A stretch of DNA of 64,000 nucleotides, taken from the IMG/VR virus record IMGVR_UViG_3300024257_000005, positions 32,001 through 96,000 of that record; one strand, 5' to 3'. The notes under the pieces were generated by a model, which was given only the letters and a program-made list of their open reading frames with translations, was not told where the DNA came from and made no database searches. A program made the translations under genes and the position numbers. Source of the stretch: a virus. Shown piece after piece: positions 32,887-39,303 of the stretch (position 1 is its first letter; each line of letters begins with the position of its first letter).

Positions 32887-32919
32887 AAAAGGCAAGAACT
32901 AAACCTCTTGCCTTTTTTA
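32887..32919 (+). terminator. Intrinsic terminator (probably bidirectional)
   Basis: AAAAGGCAAGA-N8-TCTTGCCTTTT followed by T run. Confidence 0.8.
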
Positions 32920-33099
32920 TTGCTCTTTAAAACAGTTGTTTCATTTTGAAAGATTGTGTGTATATTGACAAGTAAATAGATTTTTGAAATAAAACTAAGA
33001 ACGAGTGCTCCCAAAAAGATCCTGCATAGTACAGGTTGTGGTGCAGTGAGGTCAGGCGTTAATGACTCCACAAAAGAGAACGCAGTTTTTAGTTTGTTT

Positions 33100-33173
33100 G
33101 CTGGATTAGCTCAAGTGGGTAGAGCCGGGGTTTTGTAAACCTCAGGTTGCAGGTTCGAGGCCTGTGTCCAGCG
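33100..33173 (+). tRNA. tRNA-Thr(UGU)
   Basis: Cloverleaf, acceptor GCTGGAT/GTCCAGC, anticodon TGT. Confidence 0.9.
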
Positions 33174-33226
33174 CAGATGTTTTTTGACAAATTTTTTATT
33201 AATGGGTTCTACTCCCATCCAAGAAT

Positions 33227-33310
33227 GCCTCGGTGGCGGAATTGGTAGACGCGCTGGTCTTAGGCACCAGTCCCCGAAAGGGGGTGCAAGTTCGAGTCTT
33301 GTTCGGGGTA
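33227..33310 (+). tRNA. tRNA-Leu(UAG)
   Basis: Class II cloverleaf, loop CTTAGGC. Confidence 0.92.
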
Positions 33311-33558
33311 CATAATTTAATTTCATTTAGTTGTTTCATTTGACTACACTGGGGTTAGATTAATAAGGTAAAAAGTTATTTGACAATAAGGGCAATGAAG
33401 AAAAAGATAAAGTAAATGGGATGACACGGATTAACACATACACCCTCAAACAGGACACCCAAGTGGTACACCCTAAAGTAGGACATGCTTCCCCGTGCTC
33501 AAATACTTTTGATATAAAGAAGTGCTCCCTAGATCATTGGAATTTAGGGAGTTTATAT

Positions 33559-33633
33559 TCCGCCATAGCTCAGTCAGGTTAGAGCGCCGGATTGTTAATC
33601 CGGATGTCCTTGGTTCGAATCCAAGTGGCGGAG
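33559..33633 (+). tRNA. tRNA-Asn(GUU)
   Basis: TCCGCCA/TGGCGGA, loop TTGTTAA. Confidence 0.93.
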
Positions 33634-33768
33634 CATTGCAACAAAAACGTGGGCAACGGGTCGTAGTGTGTAGGTTGAGGATACTCATCATATGGAACTA
33701 GCTTATTGTGTCCGTGGGGTGCCATCTTGTTCTGCAGGACAATGTTGGAATCAACCTCAAAACTTTAA

Positions 33769-33843
33769 GCCTCGCTAGCTCAATTGGCTCAGAGCAGTGG
33801 CCCTTTAAGCCATTGGTTCCAGGTTCGAGTCCTGGGCGGGGTA
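33769..33843 (+). tRNA. tRNA-Lys(UUU)
   Basis: Cloverleaf, loop CCTTTAA (C33). Confidence 0.88.
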
Positions 33844-33864
33844 CAAAACGAAACTTAAAAATGA

Positions 33865-33945
33865 GTTGAGTAGACACCCTATGGGCCATATTGGATAAGA
33901 GGTCATTAGACAGCGCTACCAAAGGTTCGAATCCTTCGCTCAATG
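33865..33945 (+). ncRNA. Degenerate tRNA-like element
   Basis: Acceptor GTTGAGT/GCTCAAT and T-arm AAGG-TTCGAAT-CCTT are present; D and anticodon arms cannot be resolved. Confidence 0.4.
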
Positions 33946-34021
33946 TTGAAGATTTAAGTGGAAACTATTTGAACCAATATATCAATTGGCCAAACGATAT
34001 ATTCAAATAGGGTAGAATTAT

Positions 34022-34096
34022 CGAGGTGTGGCGCAGTCCGGTTAGCGCACTTGCTTTGGGAGCAAGGGGTCGTAGGTTCGAATCCTACTACCTCGA
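34022..34096 (+). tRNA. tRNA-Pro(UGG)
   Basis: CGAGGTG/TACCTCG, loop TTTGGGA. Confidence 0.93.
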
Positions 34097-34182
34097 CGAG
34101 TTGAGCTGCCAGTCCAGATTACGGAGGCTATTCCAATGACGGTTCGTCCGATGAAAGAAATAGCAACATGGCATTTTTAAAA

Positions 34183-34254
34183 CCTGAGGAAGTCTAATGG
34201 TAGAGGCTGGGCCCAGGAAGTCTGGTATAGCAAGTTCGATTCTTGTCTTTGGGA
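34183..34254 (+). tRNA. Atypical tRNA-like gene (loop CCAGGAA, nominal anticodon AGG)
   Basis: Acceptor CCTGAGG/CTTTGGG, D-loop AATGGTA, T-arm GCAAG-TTCGATT-CTTGT; many G-U pairs. Confidence 0.5.
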
Positions 34255-34259
34255 CAAAC

Positions 34260-34333
34260 GTGGCATTAGTGTAATGGTAACATTCCAGATTTCCAATCTG
34301 GGGTTGCGGGTTCGAGTCCTGTATGCCACACCA
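34260..34333 (+). tRNA. tRNA-Gly(UCC)
   Basis: Cloverleaf with encoded CCA. Confidence 0.92.
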
Positions 34334-34353
34334 ATAAAAAGAAAGGTTATATT

Positions 34354-34755
34354 ATGATCAAGGAACTTTATGAAGTAAGAGTAAATTTCACAATGGAGCG
34401 TGATGAATTTGAAAACGCTATTGATAAGATTCGAAATTGTATGAGAATCGAATTCAAAAGAGGAATTGCTTATGTTCCTGTTCCTCAGAATGCTCAACTC
34501 ATAATTACTAACATTGAAGATTATTCAACAGCAGTACATATAGAGCAAAAAATATTAAATAATGGGCCAGTGGTGAAACTGGTAAACGCAACAGGCTTAA
34601 GCCCTGTCGACCGTAATGGTCTTGTGGGTTCGAATCCCTCCTGGTCTACTTGGTCCATTAAACTAAATGAAAGGTTATATTATGCAAGCATGGGGACACA
34701 AAACTCTCGAACAGTTAGACAAAATGACTGATCAAAGATTGTTAGCTTATTATAA
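34354..34755 (+). CDS. Hypothetical protein whose frame runs through tRNA-Leu(UAA)
   Basis: GAAAGGTTATATTATG leader identical to that of 34682. No stop before the tRNA; TGA at 34729, TAA at 34753. Confidence 0.5.
34564..34648 (+). tRNA. tRNA-Leu(UAA)
   Basis: Class II cloverleaf, loop CTTAAGC. Confidence 0.92.
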
Positions 34756-34942
34756 GGCTATTAGAGTTCCACAATGGAATTATAATAGCTGGTATGAAAA
34801 CGACACTGAAGAATTCATTGAAGCTCAAGAAGCTTACATAGCAAAAGTTAAGATGGTTCTTGAAGATAGAGGACATGTAAAAACTCGTGGAAGAAAAGAT
34901 CCCCATGTAAATGACAATACAAAGGATCCAAAATTAAAATAG
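34682..34942 (+). CDS. Hypothetical protein
   Basis: RBS GAAAGG; stop overlaps the 5' end of tRNA-Asp. Confidence 0.6.
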   Translation: MQAWGHKTLEQLDKMTDQRLLAYYKAIRVPQWNYNSWYENDTEEFIEAQEAYIAKVKMVLEDRGHVKTRGRKDPHVNDNTKDPKLK

Positions 34943-35014
34943 GGCCGTAGCTCAATTGGTTAGAGCACCGGACTGTCAATCCGGAGGTTGGGGGTTCAAG
35001 TCCCCTCGGTCCTG
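34941..35014 (+). tRNA. tRNA-Asp(GUC)
   Basis: AGGGCCG/CGGTCCT, loop CTGTCAA. Confidence 0.92.
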
Positions 35015-35016
35015 CT

Positions 35017-35103
35017 GTGCATGTGGCAGATAGGTAATGCGCCTGGCCGTGGCCCAGGTTGGATAATATCCTCATGCGGGTTCAAATCCCGTCGTGCACC
35101 CCA
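35017..35103 (+). tRNA. tRNA-His(GUG) with long variable arm
   Basis: GTGCATG/CGTGCAC, C73, encoded CCA; loop CCGTGGC; 17-nt variable region. Confidence 0.82.
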
Positions 35104-35186
35104 CCCAGTAATGTCATCCAGGCATTGACACCGGATTGTAATCCCGGTTCCTAATGGAGTTGTAGGTTCGAGTCCTTCTACTGGGA
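35104..35186 (+). tRNA. tRNA-Tyr(GUA), C1:G72, long variable arm
   Basis: CCCAGTA/TACTGGG, loop TTGTAAT; atypical D-arm. Confidence 0.75.
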
Positions 35187-35207
35187 CAAATTTAAAATGG
35201 AGAATAT

Positions 35208-35837
35208 ATGACTGAAAATTTAGCATTTAAAGATGGCAAGTGGACTGAAAAATGGTTTGATCAGAATATTGAAGCATGGACTGAAGCAATCGATGGCTAT
35301 AAAAAATATGAAGGTGATATTAAATCGGTTCTTGAAATTGGATGCTTTGAAGGTCGAGCAACTGTCTGGCTATGCAATACTGTACCAACAATTGAAAAAT
35401 ATACAGTTATTGATACATTCAAAGGAAGCTTAGAAGAAAAAGGTATGGAACGAGCAAAAGATAATTTGACAAAAAATGAAAGTCATATCAGATCAAATTT
35501 TGAACATAATATTTCTAAATTCAGAGACAAAATTGATTTCACAATAGTTGAAGGTGAATCACAGAGTATGCTGCATGATATTAAAGGAAAATATGATTTC
35601 ATATATATTGATGGAAGTCATAGATCTGATGATGTTTTTATAGATGCATACTGGGCAGATAAATTATTAAATGTGAATGGCATAATGATTTTTGATGATT
35701 TTGGATGGACAAATCCCGATAGTGAATTATTAATTGATAGCCCAGGATTTGGAATTGGAGAATTTCTTACAATTCACACACATGATTACAATATATTTTT
35801 AAGAGGTTATCAACTCGGAATACAAAAAACAAAATAA
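35208..35837 (+). CDS. Class I SAM-dependent methyltransferase
   Basis: VLEIGCFEGR, YIDGSH and IFDDFGW motifs. Confidence 0.9.
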   Translation: MTENLAFKDGKWTEKWFDQNIEAWTEAIDGYKKYEGDIKSVLEIGCFEGRATVWLCNTVPTIEKYTVIDTFKGSLEEKGMERAKDNLTKNESHIRSNFEHNISKFRDKIDFTIVEGESQSMLHDIKGKYDFIYIDGSHRSDDVFIDAYWADKLLNVNGIMIFDDFGWTNPDSELLIDSPGFGIGEFLTIHTHDYNIFLRGYQLGIQKTK

Positions 35838-35905
35838 GGAGAATGCTATGAGCAATGGAGGAATCGGTCGATTTAGTTAGTTAAACTAAATCAAGGAGAC
35901 CGAAA

Positions 35906-36238
35906 ATGAGTAAGACCCAAAGAAGAAAAAAAGGACCAATCCCACAACATGTCACTCACGACTATGTAAAAGTAGGTGTTCGAATCAAAGAACATTATTA
36001 CATTTATTACTGGGAATGGTTGCCTATAAGTGAGGAAGATCAAAAAATAGCCATTGCAAAATACTATTCTGATACTGGAATTGGTAGAAAATGGCCCGTA
36101 CCAAGTTGGTATGCAAAAATGCTAAACAATGATTACAGAACAAAAGCCAGACACGAAATGCAAAAAATCAACTCATGGAAAGATTGGGAAGAATATGAAT
36201 TCGATCCAAAGCTTAATTGCAAAGGCTGGTACTGGTAA
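35906..36238 (+). CDS. Hypothetical protein
   Basis: AAGGAG RBS. Confidence 0.6.
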   Translation: MSKTQRRKKGPIPQHVTHDYVKVGVRIKEHYYIYYWEWLPISEEDQKIAIAKYYSDTGIGRKWPVPSWYAKMLNNDYRTKARHEMQKINSWKDWEEYEFDPKLNCKGWYW

Positions 36239-36287
36239 GATTTAAATAGTTTAGAGCTGTGGTTCTATTCAAAAACCATAGCCACAT

Positions 36288-36361
36288 CCCCTGGTAGCTC
36301 CAATTGGTAGAGCGGTACAGTGAAATCGTATGCGATGCTGGTTCAAGTCCGGCCCGGGGGA
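36288..36361 (+). tRNA. tRNA-Phe(GAA), atypical
   Basis: CCCCTGG/CCGGGGG, loop GTGAAAT, A31-C39 mismatch. Confidence 0.8.
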
Positions 36362-36363
36362 CT

Positions 36364-36496
36364 AAGAGAATGACCTACTAGGGCGACAAGCCTGCTCTAT
36401 CTTTGCCTCACTGAACCACATTCAGAAGAGGGTGATATCAGCGGTCCTAATTTCTTTGGAAAGCCTAAACTTGTGGAAGGCGGTACCTCTTCTCTT
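36364..36496 (+). ncRNA. Unidentified structured RNA candidate
   Basis: Closing AAGAGAA/TTCTCTT, then ACAAG/CTTGT and CCTC-CTGAA/TTCAG-GAGG helices; GC-rich and non-coding. Confidence 0.45.
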
Positions 36497-36500
36497 TTAA

Positions 36501-36577
36501 CGCGCATTGGTCTAGTCTGGTTCTAGGACGTCGGGTTTTCATCCCGAAGGTCACCGGTTCGAATCCGGTATGCGTGA
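36501..36577 (+). tRNA. tRNA-Glu(UUC)
   Basis: CGCGCAT/ATGCGTG, loop TTTTCAT. Confidence 0.9.
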
Positions 36578-36582
36578 CTAAT

Positions 36583-36653
36583 GGTCGGTTAGTGTAATGG
36601 TAACACCGCAGGTTTTGATCCTGCTATTATAGGTTCAAGTCCTGTATCGACTG
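36583..36653 (+). tRNA. tRNA-Gln(UUG)
   Basis: GGTCGGT/ATCGACT, loop TTTTGAT. Confidence 0.88.
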
Positions 36654-36658
36654 CATAT

Positions 36659-36731
36659 CGCACTGTAGCTAAATGGTAAAGCCCCCGGCTCATATCCGGA
36701 AGATTTGGTGGTTCAAGCCCACTCAGTGCGA
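36659..36731 (+). tRNA. tRNA-Met(CAU)
   Basis: CGCACTG/CAGTGCG, loop CTCATAT. Confidence 0.85.
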
Positions 36732-36742
36732 CAACAATAGAA

Positions 36743-36815
36743 GGGGCATTAGCTCAGCTGGGAGAGCGCCGCACTTGCACTGCGGAGGTCGCAGGTTCGA
36801 TCCCTGTATGCTCCA
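36743..36815 (+). tRNA. tRNA-Ala(UGC)
   Basis: G3:U70 identity pair, loop CTTGCAC. Confidence 0.95.
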
Positions 36816-36883
36816 CTTTGAGATAAGCAGAGAAAGAGCCTGCAATTTTATCTCAATAGTCCGGATAGCTCTGCCGGACACTC

Positions 36884-36954
36884 GGGTTATTAGTTCAATG
36901 GTAGAATACTCGCCTGTAAAGCGACAGATAGCAGTTCAAGTCTGTTATAACCCA
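36884..36954 (+). tRNA. tRNA-Tyr(GUA), G1:C72, short variable loop
   Basis: GGGTTAT/ATAACCC, loop CTGTAAA, 4-nt variable loop. Confidence 0.8.
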
Positions 36955-36961
36955 CAATAAT

Positions 36962-37033
36962 GCACCATGAGCTCGACGGTAGAGCAGCTGCCTGATATGC
37001 AGAAGGTACTAGGTTCAATTCCTAGGTGGTGTA
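36962..37033 (+). tRNA. tRNA-Ile(GAU)
   Basis: GCACCAT/GTGGTGT, loop CTGATAT. Confidence 0.82.
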
Positions 37034-37088
37034 CGAAACGAATCTCATTATAGGATAGCGTCCGACAATTAATTGGGATTCGTATTTT

Positions 37089-37162
37089 GGCTTCTTAGCT
37101 CAGTAGGTTAGAGCAGCGGATTCTTAATCCGAAGGTCACAGGTTCAATTCCTGTAGAGGCTA
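37089..37162 (+). tRNA. tRNA-Lys(CUU)
   Basis: GGCTTCT/AGAGGCT, loop TTCTTAA. Confidence 0.88.
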
Positions 37163-37216
37163 CAATCAAAACCATTTTTATAGTTCGAGTATATTTATAT
37201 TAAACAGGAGAATAAT

Positions 37217-37894
37217 ATGAATATATGTGAAAATTGCAAACAAGAGCATGATGGACAATATGGATCTGGTAGATTCTGTTCAGATAAATGTGCAAGAGGA
37301 TTTAGCACTAAGGCAAAAAGAAAAAACATTAATGAAAAAGTATCTAGAAAATTAAAAATTAATAAACCAATCAGATTCTGTAAGATCTGCAATGTAGAAA
37401 TTGGATCTAGAACGCAGCTTGGATATTGTCAAAAACACCTATATGAAAGTGAAGAATATAGATCTCTATTAAGAAAGCCCCATAAATCAGGGTCTGGTGG
37501 TTTGAGAACAGGTGGAGGAAGATCAAAGGTGTTTGAATATGATAGTAAATATGCTGGGTTAGTTAAGCTAAATAAACATGAAATTGAAGTTGCAAAAATA
37601 TTTGACTCATTAGAGATATTATGAAATCGTAACTGAAAAGGTTTTAGATATGTCGATCTAGAAGGTAGAGATAGAAAATATTATCCCGATTTCTATATTC
37701 CAGAATTTGATTATTATGTCGAATATAAAGGATGAGTTAATGTAGTTTTAAATCATAAGATGAACAATGCTGTTGAGCTTAATGATTTTAAATTATTAAT
37801 TATATATAGCGACGACAAGCGATACAGCCAGCTTGGACTATCGTTGTCAGAGCTTAAAAAATGTCCTCAAAAACTAATTAGAGGTATCGGTTAA
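37217..37894 (+). CDS. Zinc-finger plus PD-(D/E)xK (homing-type) endonuclease, 225 aa, with three in-frame TGA (37622, 37634, 37733)
   Basis: EIL[TGA]NRN[TGA]KGFRY..RKYYPDFYIPEFDYYVEYKG[TGA]. The catalytic PDF..EYK motif lies beyond the ORF-track stop. Confidence 0.85.
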
Positions 37895-37951
37895 TTGGCA
37901 AACCAACGCTCTCCAAAAGCGTGACTGGGAGTTCGAGTCTCTCTACCTCTG
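37880..37951 (+). tRNA. tRNA-Trp(CCA) with C9
   Basis: AGAGGTA TC GGTT AATTGGCA AACC A ACGCT CTCCAAA AGCGT GACT GGGAG TTCGAGT CTCTC TACCTCT G. Confidence 0.93.
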
Positions 37952-38014
37952 CAATATGTAAGTCCTATTATGGATGGCACCAATCAATAGTCCGTTCATT
38001 CTAGGCAATAATTT

Positions 38015-38102
38015 GCTCCGTTAGCTCAGTCCGGTATAGAGCGCCTGCCTTACAAGCAGGAGGCCTCCTAGGTTTACCTTGGTTCAAATCCAAGACGGAG
38101 TA
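38015..38102 (+). tRNA. tRNA-Val(UAC) with long variable arm
   Basis: GCTCCGT/ACGGAGT, loop CTTACAA; variable region AGGCCT-CCT-AGGTTT-AC. Confidence 0.85.
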
Positions 38103-38164
38103 CAAATAACTGTTTTATTCTCGCTGTTCTGGTGTATATTCTACCAACAACAAAAGGAGTTGAC

Positions 38165-38623
38165 ATGAGAACAATTAACATTTACACATTTGAGGAGCTT
38201 CCAACAGAAGTTCAGCAGCACATAATTAGCAGAAACAGACTAATATCTGTTCCTGAAGATTATGATGCACCAGCTCAAGAAGCTGCAAGGAGATTTGAAG
38301 TTGAGCTTGATGGCTGGAATGTCCACACATTAGAAGCTGGAGTTATCATCGGTGGACCTACCAAACTAAAGAAGCTTGCCGATAAATTTCTAATAGCTTC
38401 TGCATCTGATTCTGATATCTATAAAGAAGCTGAAACTTACTGGTTTGAAGGAACAAACGATATAAGATTTATTGCAACCGTTGAAAAGTTTTTTGCAGAG
38501 ATGCTCAGCAAATTATATTTCTCATACCAATCAGATTCAGCAGTTTATGATGGCCTTGTTGAACAAGGATGGGAATATCTTATTGAGGGAAAAGTATTTA
38601 GCAAAAAAACAAAAGGAAGCTAA
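38165..38623 (+). CDS. Hypothetical early protein
   Basis: Early promoter, AAGGAG and ATG 38165; IYTFEEL..WEYLIEG pattern common in phage proteins. Confidence 0.65.
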   Translation: MRTINIYTFEELPTEVQQHIISRNRLISVPEDYDAPAQEAARRFEVELDGWNVHTLEAGVIIGGPTKLKKLADKFLIASASDSDIYKEAETYWFEGTNDIRFIATVEKFFAEMLSKLYFSYQSDSAVYDGLVEQGWEYLIEGKVFSKKTKGS

Positions 38624-38992
38624 CATGACTTTTACAGCGTACAACCACAATGATACAGGTCTTTGTGAACCTACCACAAGGCAAGCCGCAATTAAAGAAT
38701 CAAAAGAATACACCTTTGCAACTGGTAATGAAAGCTATGTCGCCAATAGCAAAGGTGAAATTGTACATGAGAATGTAAGAGGATATTAAATGAGAGATAA
38801 GATATATGAAAACTGGGCTAAGTGTGATCCAGTTCTTAGAAAAAGTCTTCTAGAAGCACTAACAATTCCTGAGTTAAAATTGATGGGTAGCTATTTTGAT
38901 TATCCACTAAGAGGGAAAAAGAGTGAAATAGTTCATCAACTGATTGGATATTTTAAATCAAATGACAACTGGAAGGCTATCGCAAAATAAAT

Positions 38993-39072
38993 GCTCCCGT
39001 ATGCCAGCCGGTTACGAGCCGGTATAAAGCTAATTGGATAGGAAGATGTCAGTTCGAGCCTGACCGGGAGTT
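38993..39072 (+). ncRNA. tRNA-Arg(ACG)-like RNA with rearranged arms
   Basis: Acceptor GCTCCCG/CGGGAGT, arm GCCGG-TTACGAG-CCGGT, then D-loop-like CTA-ATTGGA-TAG, then T-arm GTCAG-TTCGAGC-CTGAC. Confidence 0.65.
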
Positions 39073-39134
39073 CATGTACACTATCCTAACGCGTTCACTC
39101 AGAGTGTACATGCGCAAATAGTGTACACATAGAT

Positions 39135-39209
39135 ATCGTAGTGGCTCGAAATGGCTTAGGCACCGGACTGCAAATCCGGATTATGGGGGTTCAAGTCCCC
39201 TCTACGATT
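39135..39209 (+). tRNA. tRNA-Cys(GCA)
   Basis: ATCGTAG/CTACGAT, U73, loop CTGCAAA. Confidence 0.9.
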
Positions 39210-39218
39210 CAAACCAAG

Positions 39219-39303
39219 GGAGGTTGTCCGGCTGGACGAGGAAGCTGTCTTGAAAACAGTCGGCGGGTAACACCGCTTGGGGGTTCAAGTCCCTCAGCCT
39301 CCG
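39219..39303 (+). tRNA. tRNA-Ser(UGA)
   Basis: Class II, loop CTTGAAA, G73. Confidence 0.9.

Noticed and set aside
36818-37083. Simple spacer hairpins between tRNAs (also near 33965-34010 and 39074-39127)
   Set aside because: These single stem-loops are adequately explained as processing or stability elements; there is no further evidence of independent function.
37880-37951. 4-bp anticodon-stem or G24A mechanism for UGA readthrough
   Set aside because: The anticodon stem is a full 5 bp and position 24 is C paired with G11; only C9 stands out.
39219-39303. tRNA with TGA in the loop as an opal suppressor or tRNA-Sec
   Set aside because: Anticodon UGA reads UCA (Ser). A suppressor needs anticodon UCA, and the body is an ordinary Ser tRNA.
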